This document shows positions 29,042 through 37,529 of a stretch of DNA of 47,716 nucleotides, in pieces; positions within the stretch are counted from its first letter, which is position 1; every line of letters begins with the position of its first letter. This DNA is from Anaerolineae bacterium (lineage in GTDB: Bacteria; Chloroflexota; Anaerolineae; Anaerolineales; UBA11858), in contig DUEG01000005.1 of the NCBI GenBank assembly GCA_011176615.1, positions 1 through 47,716 on the forward strand, written 5' to 3'. Under the pieces are notes generated by a model. It saw only the letters and a program-made list of their open reading frames with translations. It did no database searches and was not told where the DNA came from. Both the position numbers and the translations under genes were made by a program.

Positions 29042-29746
29042 TTAGAAATCCCAAGTTTCTGCAATCACGCGATTATCGACCAATCTGGCAATCTCTGGCT
29101 TAGGAATGTTTTTTTGTGATGGCGCAATAGAAATCTTATCAGCGATACGTAATTGGGTGGGGGAGAGGTCAAGTGCACAAACGATTGCTGAATTATCGCC
29201 TTGTGCTCCAGCGTGCACTGTGCCTCGTAGTTTTCCCCAAACTATTATGTTTCCCCCTGCAAATATTTCTGCGCCTGGATTTACATCGCCGATAACAATC
29301 ACATGACCATGGAATATGATGCGGTTTCCTGATCTTAATGTTTTGTGTATTAAGATTGCTTCTTCGCCAAGAGTAACGGATTGTAATGGAACTGATGATG
29401 GTTTATCAATTTTTGGCATTGATAGTCGTGTAGCAAGACCTAGGGATTGTGCATTTTTAATAGTTGTGGGCGAATCGCTAATTAATGCCCAGAGTTTTAT
29501 TCCAAATTCGGAAATTTGTTCTATTAAGGCAACAATTTCAGATTCTTCGATTATTATATTACCAACGTCAAGAGATAATCGAGCACCTGTAAGAAAATTC
29601 TTTTGGTTCTTAAGGTGAGAAAGCAATGAGTTTTTTAAATTATCCCATTTACCGTCACTAAACTTAACAAGAAGCCCATCACGAGTTCCTTTAATAGTCA
29701 AGTTATTTTGCGTGTGCTGAAATTTACTACTTTGATCAAAAGTCAT
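29042..29746 (-). CDS. minC: Septum site-determining protein
   Basis: IKGTRDGL, TLRSG, IGDVNPGAEI.AGGNIIVWGKLRG.VHAG, PTQLRIAD. Confidence 0.95.
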   Translation of the reverse strand: MTFDQSSKFQHTQNNLTIKGTRDGLLVKFSDGKWDNLKNSLLSHLKNQKNFLTGARLSLDVGNIIIEESEIVALIEQISEFGIKLWALISDSPTTIKNAQSLGLATRLSMPKIDKPSSVPLQSVTLGEEAILIHKTLRSGNRIIFHGHVIVIGDVNPGAEIFAGGNIIVWGKLRGTVHAGAQGDNSAIVCALDLSPTQLRIADKISIAPSQKNIPKPEIARLVDNRVIAETWDF

Positions 29747-29754
29747 AGTATTGG

Positions 29755-29763
29755 ATTATAGCA
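29755..29763 (-). promoter_or_regulatory. Internal extended -10 promoter for minCDE-rodA
   Basis: TGCTATAAT on the - strand, 8 nt before the minC ATG. Confidence 0.55.
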
Positions 29764-29811
29764 TGCTACATAAGAATTATTTGTGTCATGTATGTGTAAT
29801 TACCAATGGGA

Positions 29812-31896
29812 TTAAGGATTTGTTGATGTTGAATCGATAACTTTCAATTCAAAATATGCTTCCAATACTTTGCGAACGATTGGTGCTGCAACACTTGAAC
29901 CCTCTAATCCATTATAGACAAAAGCAACGACAGCAATCTCCGGGTTGTCATACGGAGCATAAGCAACTGTCCATGCGTGGGAAGGCCAATCGCCTGGTTT
30001 GCAAAGATTTTTCGCATTAGCAAACTCATCACAGTATTCAGCTGTGCCAGTCTTGCCGGCAGAAGCGACGGTAAAGTTTTTAAATGCTTTAATTAATGTT
30101 CCAGATGTAACAGCCTTCCTCATTCCTTCTTGAACTTTTTGGATGACCCAAGGTTCCACAGTAATTTTATCCCCGGTTAATTTTGCTTCACATCCACCTG
30201 CACTAGTTGGATCACTATAAACGTCGATTACTGGATCTTGTGTGATGTCCCATTTTAAATCAGGCTGAAATGGTTGGATGACATTTCCTTGACTGTCCAC
30301 AATATCATGGATAATTGTTGGTCTCATCAATTTACCATCAGCCGCTATTACAGAAGCGGACATCAATACTTGTAAGGGCGTTGCGATTACAAAACCTTGA
30401 CCGACGCTGGCTATGTAGGTATCGCCAATAGACCAATTTTCGCCTTGTGTAATTCGTTTCCAGTGGGGATCAGGCACAAGACCGTCTGCCTGGTCTGGTA
30501 ATTCGATTCCTGGATAATCGCCATATCCCAACGCGCGTGCATAAGTGCCCAATCTACATATTCCTAAGCCTTCTGGAACCTCGTCTTTATAACCTCCACC
30601 AAGTTTATAAAAATAGACATTACTGGAATTTGCGATACCACCTAGAAAGTCTAATTGACCGAAACCAGCGCGATTCCAATCGACGAATTTTCTAGCGTGA
30701 CCAGGATCGTTAGGCGTATATTTCTCAGTGATATAAATTTCTCCTGGCGTGGAGATAATTTGGTCTGGTGTTACAACACCTTCGTTTAATGCTCCCACTG
30801 CGGTAGTTATTTTGAATACAGAGCCTGCTGGTAATTCTGCTCCAACTGCATGGTTGAGTAAAGGATCGCGTGCGTCCCTAATTAATTGTTCATAATAATA
30901 GGAAGGTATATATCTCGCGAAACGATTGTTTTCGTAAGAAGGAAAATTAACCATGGCAAGTATTTCACCAGTTTGCGGATTCATAGCAATTACTACGCCA
31001 CTGGTGATTCGTATCTCATTAAAATAGTTATTCCATTGGTCAATTTCGCTTTTTAATATTGCTTCTACTGCTTGCTGTAATCGTGTATCAATCGTTAAAT
31101 AGATATTTTGACCTGGAAAAGAGGGTATGGTGGGTTTGACATCCCGAATAATTTTACCTGCTACATCAACTTCAACAACACGTTTGCCAGGCTTTCCCGC
31201 TAGCAAACTGTTAAATGATCGTTCTACGCCAGCATAACCAATTTTATCTCGATTTGGTACAAATCCTCTTTCGCGATAATATTCCTCGTTAACTGAAGAT
31301 ATAGGCCCTAGGAAACCAATCAAAGGCGCTGTAATTGAACCGGTTGGATAGTCGCGAATAGGCTCTACTTCAATACTAACACCTAGCCAATCTGTACTTT
31401 TTTCTAAAATCTTCATTGCAATTTCTCTATCAATATCACACTTGATTTTTACTGGTTCAAATGGTGCGCTGGTCTCCCCATAATTAACAATTTGTGCAAT
31501 ACCATGATCTGAAACACAAGGGACATAAGGATTATCACTAGTGACTTCATTTAAATTGATGGGCACATTAATTAATTTTGATAATTGACGGAAAATATCC
31601 TGAATAGCGCCCTCTTCATCAGGAAGATTTGCAGGAATAATTACAACATTGTAAGAAGCGATATTTCGTGCTAAGACGTACCCATTTCGATCGTATATAA
31701 CCCCTCGCAAAGCAGGAATGCTGATTTCGTTTATCCGATTATCTTCTGCAAATGCAACCCAAGTGTCTCTATCGAAGATTTGAATTCTGATTAATTCGCC
31801 GATATAACCAGTAAAAACCAAAGAAACAACGATAATGAAACTTATTAAACGCCATTTTGAGATTGTATTTCTAGTATAACTATTGATATTACTCAT
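29812..31896 (-). CDS. mrdA: Penicillin-binding protein 2 (class B)
   Basis: N-terminal TM, RGVIYDRNG, SxxK GSVFK, SxN SSN, KTG GKTGT; follows mreD. Confidence 0.93.
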   Translation of the reverse strand: MSNINSYTRNTISKWRLISFIIVVSLVFTGYIGELIRIQIFDRDTWVAFAEDNRINEISIPALRGVIYDRNGYVLARNIASYNVVIIPANLPDEEGAIQDIFRQLSKLINVPINLNEVTSDNPYVPCVSDHGIAQIVNYGETSAPFEPVKIKCDIDREIAMKILEKSTDWLGVSIEVEPIRDYPTGSITAPLIGFLGPISSVNEEYYRERGFVPNRDKIGYAGVERSFNSLLAGKPGKRVVEVDVAGKIIRDVKPTIPSFPGQNIYLTIDTRLQQAVEAILKSEIDQWNNYFNEIRITSGVVIAMNPQTGEILAMVNFPSYENNRFARYIPSYYYEQLIRDARDPLLNHAVGAELPAGSVFKITTAVGALNEGVVTPDQIISTPGEIYITEKYTPNDPGHARKFVDWNRAGFGQLDFLGGIANSSNVYFYKLGGGYKDEVPEGLGICRLGTYARALGYGDYPGIELPDQADGLVPDPHWKRITQGENWSIGDTYIASVGQGFVIATPLQVLMSASVIAADGKLMRPTIIHDIVDSQGNVIQPFQPDLKWDITQDPVIDVYSDPTSAGGCEAKLTGDKITVEPWVIQKVQEGMRKAVTSGTLIKAFKNFTVASAGKTGTAEYCDEFANAKNLCKPGDWPSHAWTVAYAPYDNPEIAVVAFVYNGLEGSSVAAPIVRKVLEAYFELKVIDSTSTNP

Positions 31897-32393
31897 GATT
31901 CTAACTCAGTTGGGAAAATTGTCTCCGAGACATCTTGAATTAATGCATAGATTGGAATAGATAACAATAAGTTGAGCAACAAACTGGGCAATGTTATCAA
32001 GTTTATCGTATCCATTAATGGTAATGTTGAATGCGTAAGATTAATCATTAAATAAGATAAAAAGTGAGTGAGGATTGTGCCAACAAAAGTAATGATGATC
32101 ATTGTAAAATAAGGTTTTTGCCAAACCTGTCTTTTTGTGATTAAGGTAATTTCAACTATTGACAAATAGGAAATCAAATAAACTAATAGTGGTAAGGTAG
32201 ATACAAAACCAATTAATATTGCTGAAAACAAACCCCAAAACCAAGCGGAATTGTCTTTTGATAGCAAAGACCAAGCAATCAACACGAGCATGCTTATGTC
32301 TGGTGTGCCTTGAAGTAGAGGCATCTGATTGATAATCGATGTTTGTAAGATGACTAATCCAATAAAAATCGGAATGGATATTATGGTACTCAT
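31893..32393 (-). CDS. mreD: Rod shape-determining protein MreD
   Basis: Hydrophobic 166 aa with PD motif after TM1; between mreC and mrdA. Confidence 0.85.
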   Translation of the reverse strand: MSTIISIPIFIGLVILQTSIINQMPLLQGTPDISMLVLIAWSLLSKDNSAWFWGLFSAILIGFVSTLPLLVYLISYLSIVEITLITKRQVWQKPYFTMIIITFVGTILTHFLSYLMINLTHSTLPLMDTINLITLPSLLLNLLLSIPIYALIQDVSETIFPTELES

Positions 32394-32396
32394 AAC

Positions 32397-33245
32397 TTAT
32401 GGATTTACTGGTGTTGGTTGAAGTGGGGTGATATTGAATGATTTGAAATTCGTTATGATTAAAACTATTTCTAAATGCGAGAAATCAACCGTTGGTTGAA
32501 CAGAGCCACTTTGAAAGAGCGCATAGTCCTGTTTTCTAATACTAGATACTTGACCAATAAGAATGTTCGGAGGATAGTCGCCACCTAATCCTGAAGTGAG
32601 AACAAGATCGCCATTTGAAATGTTTGCGTCTTGAGGAATAAAATCTAATAATAAATCGCCAGTAATTGAGCCAATCAATATTCCTTCTGCATTTGTGGGC
32701 TGAAGGCGAACATTTAACTTAGAACCCGGATCGGTGATTAATAGTACGCGAGATGCTTCGGGAATTACATTTGCTATACGACCAATTAATCCTTTATCCG
32801 ACACCACTGGCATTCCTCTTTGCAATCCATCATCGGAACCACGATTGATAATTATGTAATGAAGGAAAGGACTTGGGTCTTTTCCAATAACACTTGCGCT
32901 TGAATAATGGAAATCTGGATTTGCCCTTGCGAAATCTAATAAAGCAGATAATATCTGATACTCGTTTAGTTGTTGTTGAAGAGAAATTATTTGGCTTTGT
33001 AATTTGGATACTTCTGCCTCAAGTTCTGCATTTTTTGTTATCAATACGTTTATATCTTTAGGTGTATTAATGCTATTAGATATTGCGTAATATTGTTCAG
33101 AAACTTTTGTTTGTAGCCGAACCAATGGTTGTAAGGCGATTTTAATTACAGGTGTTAAATAACCACTAAATCCAAGCATAATAAAACCAATTGCTAATAT
33201 ACTCAAAATAATGGTACGGAATAAATCAGGAGAATTACTTTTCAT
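32397..33245 (-). CDS. mreC: Rod shape-determining protein MreC
   Basis: TM plus coiled coil, INRGSDDG...GMPVV...GLIGRI, GDLVLTSGLGG.YP. Confidence 0.94.
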   Translation of the reverse strand: MKSNSPDLFRTIILSILAIGFIMLGFSGYLTPVIKIALQPLVRLQTKVSEQYYAISNSINTPKDINVLITKNAELEAEVSKLQSQIISLQQQLNEYQILSALLDFARANPDFHYSSASVIGKDPSPFLHYIIINRGSDDGLQRGMPVVSDKGLIGRIANVIPEASRVLLITDPGSKLNVRLQPTNAEGILIGSITGDLLLDFIPQDANISNGDLVLTSGLGGDYPPNILIGQVSSIRKQDYALFQSGSVQPTVDFSHLEIVLIITNFKSFNITPLQPTPVNP

Positions 33246-33324
33246 TATGTAGGTTCTAAATCAATAAATTTAATTTCGGAATTATCAAGATATTAGATTG
33301 ATCTATGTTGAGGTGACAATATAG

Positions 33325-34392
33325 TTATGTGTGGCGAGTACTACCGCGTTCTAAGCCCACGAATAAGGACCCCCATTTGTCTCTGTTCTCTAGTGCAATA
33401 CCCGCACCCCGCGCAACACAACTGATTGGATCTTCAGCAACCCATGAGCGTATGTGTAATTCATCGGTAAGACGTTGATCAAAACCTTGCAACAAACTTC
33501 CGCCACCTGCTAAGCATATGCCATTATCCATTAAATCCGATAGAATTTCTGGCGGAGCCTCATCAAGAGCATCTTTTATTGTATCAATAATAGTTTGAAT
33601 TGATACAGACATCCCTTCCCTGAGCTCTACAGAAGAAACTTCTAACGCCTCTGGAAGACCTGTTATCAAATTCCTACCACGGAGAATAAAGGTCTTTTCT
33701 TCCGGAAGATGATATGCGGAACCAATTGTCATCTTTGCTTGTTCCGCCATGCGTTGACCAATTAGTAGGTTGTATTTGTTCCGAATATATAAAATAATAT
33801 CCTCATCAAGTTCGTCCCCTGCGACTCTTAATGACCTGGAAACAACAACACCTTGCATGGATAGAATAGCCACTTCAGATGTGCCTCCACCAATATCTAC
33901 AACCATGCTCCCTTGTACTTTGTCGATGGGTAAGCCAGCACCCAATGCTGCGGCGACAGGTTCCTCAATTAAATAGACTTCTCTGGCACCAGCAGACATT
34001 GCAGCATCATAAACTGCTCTCTTCTCAACTTCAGTAACACCAGCAGGTATGCCAATGACAACCCTCGGTCTTGGTACAGGTACAATACTTTGTTGATGCG
34101 CTCTACCGATGAAATACTCAAGCATTGACTGTGTGATTTCAAAATCCGAGATGACTCCATCGCGTAGCGGTCGAATTGCGATGACATTTGCTGGTGTTCG
34201 ACCGACCATTTCTTTGGCTTCTGCACCAATTGCGATTGGTTCTTTAGTTCGTTTGTTAATGGCTACCCATGAAGGTTCATTGATAACAATGCCTTTACCG
34301 CGGACATTAACTAATGTATTTGCGGTACCAAGATCAATACCGATATCTAACGAGAAGAAGCCTAACAATATGTTTAAAGGGTTGAAAGCCAA
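33325..34392 (-). CDS. mreB: Rod shape-determining actin homologue
   Basis: IGIDLGTANT, RPLRDGVI, IEEP.AAA.GAG, VVDIGGGTSE, LAGGG; TTG start with GGGAG SD. Confidence 0.97.
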   Translation of the reverse strand: MAFNPLNILLGFFSLDIGIDLGTANTLVNVRGKGIVINEPSWVAINKRTKEPIAIGAEAKEMVGRTPANVIAIRPLRDGVISDFEITQSMLEYFIGRAHQQSIVPVPRPRVVIGIPAGVTEVEKRAVYDAAMSAGAREVYLIEEPVAAALGAGLPIDKVQGSMVVDIGGGTSEVAILSMQGVVVSRSLRVAGDELDEDIILYIRNKYNLLIGQRMAEQAKMTIGSAYHLPEEKTFILRGRNLITGLPEALEVSSVELREGMSVSIQTIIDTIKDALDEAPPEILSDLMDNGICLAGGGSLLQGFDQRLTDELHIRSWVAEDPISCVARGAGIALENRDKWGSLFVGLERGSTRHT

Positions 34393-34437
34393 AACACTCT
34401 CCCTATATAGGCAAAATAATAATTTTTACTGGGAGCG

Positions 34438-34446
34438 ATTATACCA
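34438..34446 (-). promoter_or_regulatory. Extended -10 promoter for the mre operon
   Basis: TGGTATAAT on the - strand, about 45 bp upstream of mreB. Confidence 0.55.
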
Positions 34447-34488
34447 GTTTTGTTGAAGTATTCTAATAATTCGCTTGGGTTAAAAACA

Positions 34489-34516
34489 ATGATATTATCA
34501 ATAATTGAGATATAAT
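34489..34516 (+). promoter_or_regulatory. Probable glmS promoter
   Basis: ATGATA-16 bp-TATAAT (34511-34516); predicted start near 34523. Confidence 0.45.
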
Positions 34517-34586
34517 CTGTTTCACTAAATAAACATTACTATGGAATTTAAAAAGGAGGTGCATATAAGAATTTAATGGGAAAGAT

Positions 34587-34817
34587 AGCGCAAGGGCCAA
34601 AAATCTTGATTTATATGGATTTGACGGTTGACGAGGATGATGGTTCCTCTCAGAGACGAGAGGATAAGTGGTGATCAAGCATACTATTGATACACACAAA
34701 AATCGAATAATCAGCGGAAGCCATCCGGGTTGTCCATTACCCGTTTCCTTTCCCTCCAGTTAAACTTTATATTCAAAACTCATGAGGAATTATGAGCACA
34801 AAAATATGAAGAATGGA
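34587..34817 (+). ncRNA. glmS ribozyme (GlcN6P-activated) with two insertions
   Basis: A^GCGC cleavage site 34587/34588; TGACGAGG; ATCGA; GCGG; P2 GATGGTT/AGCCATC; P3 CGGGT/ACCCG; P4 CTTTATATT/AATATGAAG; P4.1 CTCATGA-GGAA-TTATGAG; P3.1 TCCATT/AATGGA; directly upstream of glmS. Confidence 0.92.
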
Positions 34818-34881
34818 AAAATATTAAAAGATCAGGTAAGTTCATTAGGGTAGAAAACATTATTATGGAGGGTTTCTTGCT

Positions 34882-36723
34882 ATGTGTGGAATTGTTGGGT
34901 ATATTGGGCAAAAGGACGCAACGCCTATCGTATTAAATGGGCTTAAGCGGTTGGAATATCGTGGCTATGATTCGGCGGGTTTGGCTATCTTGCAAGACGA
35001 AACGATTAAAATTAGACGCGTTGCTGGGAAGATTGACAAATTATTTGAACTAGTTTCTGAAAGTCCATTAAAGGGGAATATCGGGATTGGGCATACTCGT
35101 TGGGCTACTCATGGGGAGCCTAACAAAACCAATGCACATCCACATTTAGGAAGCAATAAGGATGTCGTAATTGTCCATAATGGCATCGTAGAAAATTATT
35201 TAGAATTAAAGGATGAATTGATTGAAGAGGGGGTGAATTTCAAATCCGAAACTGATACCGAAGTTATTGTACATTTAATTGAGTTATTTCTTACTTCAGG
35301 GTTAAGAATTGATGAGGCTGTACGCATGGCAATAATGAAAATACGCGGCGCTCATGGTATTGTTGTATTTTCAAAAAATGAACCCGATAGGATTATTGCT
35401 GCAAGGATAGGGAATGCTGGAGGGGTGGTAATAGGGGTTGGAAAAAATGAAATGTTTATAGCGTCTGATATTCCCGCAATCCTAGATCACACTAGAAAAA
35501 TGATTTTTTTAGAATCCCAACAGATGGCAATAGTAAAATCAAATGAAGTGGACATTTATGACCTTAATGGAAATGCTTTGACGTACGAAGTGCATAATGT
35601 GAATTGGGATCCTGTTTCTGCCGAAAAGGGGGATCATAAACATTTTATGCATAAAGAAATTCACGAGCAAGTCAGATCTTTAATAGATACTATTGCAGGA
35701 AGAGTGAATTTCACAGATTATTTAATTAAATTTAATGATTTGAGTTTGGACAAAGAACTTGCGATAAGCATAAATAAAATATTCATCACCGCTTGCGGGA
35801 CTGCTGCTTATGCGGGAATGGTAGGAAAAATATTAATTGAAAAAGTTGCAAGGATCCCGGTAGAAGTGGTCATAGGGTCTGAATTTAGGTATAGTGACCC
35901 GATAATTGATGAAAATACTATCGTTTTGGCTATAAGCCAATCAGGAGAAACTGCAGATACATTGGCAGCAATGGATGAAGGGAAGAAAAGAGGGGCAAAA
36001 ATATGGGTAATTGTTAACGCAATAGGTTCACAGGCAATGCGTATAGCGGATGGGTATATATCGATGCAAGCGGGACCTGAAATTGGTGTAGCCTCCACGA
36101 AAGCATATACTGCACCTTTGGTTGATTTGTATATGCTAGCGATATTATTAGGGGAATTGCGTGATTCAATTTCAGAACAACAAAGAAGAGATTTAGTTAA
36201 TAATTTACGACTTGTGCCAGATCTTGTGGGAGAATGTTTAACCCGCGAGGATGAGATAGTTGAAATCGCAAAAAGATTAGAGAATATGCAACATTGTTTG
36301 TATTTGGGTAGAGGGATCAATATGCCAACGGCTTATGAAGGGGCTTTGAAATTAAAAGAAATTTCGTATATCCATGCTGAAGGTTATCCTGCTGGAGAAA
36401 TGAAGCACGGACCGATCGCATTAATTGATAACAATATGCCAGTAATTGTTATTTCGCCGAAAGATCCGTGGTATGAAAAAATGATTAGTCAAATTGAGCA
36501 GGCAAAGGCAAGAGGGGGATTTGTTATCGCTTTAGCAACAGACGGGGATGAATTGATAAAGGATATTGCAGATCGTGTGATTTGGGTTCCTGAAACGCCA
36601 TGGATGTTAAGTCCTGTTATCTCTATTATTCCTTTGCAATTACTTGCTTATCATATTGCCCATCAAAGAGGACTTGATGTTGATCAACCCAGAAACTTAG
36701 CCAAGTCCGTAACTGTTGAATAG
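34882..36723 (+). CDS. glmS: Glutamine--fructose-6-phosphate aminotransferase
   Basis: MCGIVG, LEYRGYDSAG, GHTRWATHG, SQSGETADT, C-terminal PRNLAKSVTVE. Confidence 0.98.
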   Translation: MCGIVGYIGQKDATPIVLNGLKRLEYRGYDSAGLAILQDETIKIRRVAGKIDKLFELVSESPLKGNIGIGHTRWATHGEPNKTNAHPHLGSNKDVVIVHNGIVENYLELKDELIEEGVNFKSETDTEVIVHLIELFLTSGLRIDEAVRMAIMKIRGAHGIVVFSKNEPDRIIAARIGNAGGVVIGVGKNEMFIASDIPAILDHTRKMIFLESQQMAIVKSNEVDIYDLNGNALTYEVHNVNWDPVSAEKGDHKHFMHKEIHEQVRSLIDTIAGRVNFTDYLIKFNDLSLDKELAISINKIFITACGTAAYAGMVGKILIEKVARIPVEVVIGSEFRYSDPIIDENTIVLAISQSGETADTLAAMDEGKKRGAKIWVIVNAIGSQAMRIADGYISMQAGPEIGVASTKAYTAPLVDLYMLAILLGELRDSISEQQRRDLVNNLRLVPDLVGECLTREDEIVEIAKRLENMQHCLYLGRGINMPTAYEGALKLKEISYIHAEGYPAGEMKHGPIALIDNNMPVIVISPKDPWYEKMISQIEQAKARGGFVIALATDGDELIKDIADRVIWVPETPWMLSPVISIIPLQLLAYHIAHQRGLDVDQPRNLAKSVTVE

Positions 36724-36733
36724 TTGTAAATGC

Positions 36734-37372
36734 TTAACCGTCAATTGTGTCCGAATATAATGGACTCAGCAAAAAGGTGCAGGGTTCGCGAAAGCCAAGT
36801 CTGTACATAAACTTCTTTTTCATTGTTGCGTGGATGTGGGATATCCTTGAGATAATTAACTCATCTAGGCGACAAAAATATTGTGATGATTTGGCAATGC
36901 TTTGATAAGGACAATTGTCGAATAATAGTATTGGACCATCTAGCGTTGACTCCCATCGAGCGATATAGTTCATTTGATTTAGAATTTCTACTGTTTTATT
37001 TAAACGGGTAATTATCGAAAAGGTGTCATCAGGCAACTGATATTTGCTAACCATCCTTTCGGAAATATCATTGAGAAGTTGATTTGTTTGTGATGAATAA
37101 ACGTTTGATGAGAGCGCCTCCACAAACGCATTGCAAAATAAGTTATAGTTATTAGTGTAATACGAATCGGATATGCGATATCTTCTTGCAGGTCGGCCGC
37201 GTTCACCGAGCGGTTGTATTCCAGTATCTACAATATACTTAGTACCTAATAAAATATTAATATGATGCCTAATATTTGGCTTGGTGAGATGAAGTGCCTC
37301 ACTGAGTTCTTTTATTGAGGCGGATTCTCGGCTAAAAAGATATTCAATTATTTCTTCTCTGGTATTTTGCAT
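36734..37372 (-). CDS. ArsR-like HTH regulator of SufR/COG2345 type
   Basis: N-terminal HTH with IRHH and RGRPARRY; C-terminal NCPY...FC..D...PCTF Cys triad. Confidence 0.8.
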   Translation of the reverse strand: MQNTREEIIEYLFSRESASIKELSEALHLTKPNIRHHINILLGTKYIVDTGIQPLGERGRPARRYRISDSYYTNNYNLFCNAFVEALSSNVYSSQTNQLLNDISERMVSKYQLPDDTFSIITRLNKTVEILNQMNYIARWESTLDGPILLFDNCPYQSIAKSSQYFCRLDELIISRISHIHATMKKKFMYRLGFREPCTFLLSPLYSDTIDG

Positions 37373-37377
37373 GGTAT

Positions 37378-37430
37378 TTAAGATAATATATTTTATCTTA
37401 ATTATAACTTAATAATCTTATTAAGATAAT
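37378..37430. promoter_or_regulatory. Palindromic operator array in the regulator/nuoB divergon
   Basis: TTAAGATAA-N6-TTATCTTAA (37378-37401) and a third TTAAGATAA (37421-37429). Confidence 0.55.
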
Positions 37431-37451
37431 AAATATTAAACTAATTATGGA

Positions 37452-37479
37452 TTGACGACAGAAATATAAACGCTATAAT
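37452..37479 (+). promoter_or_regulatory. sigma70 promoter of nuoB operon
   Basis: TTGACG-16 bp-TATAAT. Confidence 0.75.
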
Positions 37480-37529
37480 TTCTACGTCGTCTAATGTTGA
37501 TTTAAAACATATTACGGAGGATCCATTAC

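Noticed and set aside
34541-34674. Two small overlapping uORFs (11 aa at 34541-34576 and 32 aa at 34576-34674) running through the ribozyme
   Set aside because: The strong SD is 15 nt from the second ATG and inside the first ORF, and the sequence is explained by RNA structure. Ribosome profiling would be needed to revive this.
34463-34699. 78-aa ORF on the - strand
   Set aside because: Antisense to the glmS ribozyme and promoter region; no recognisable protein features.
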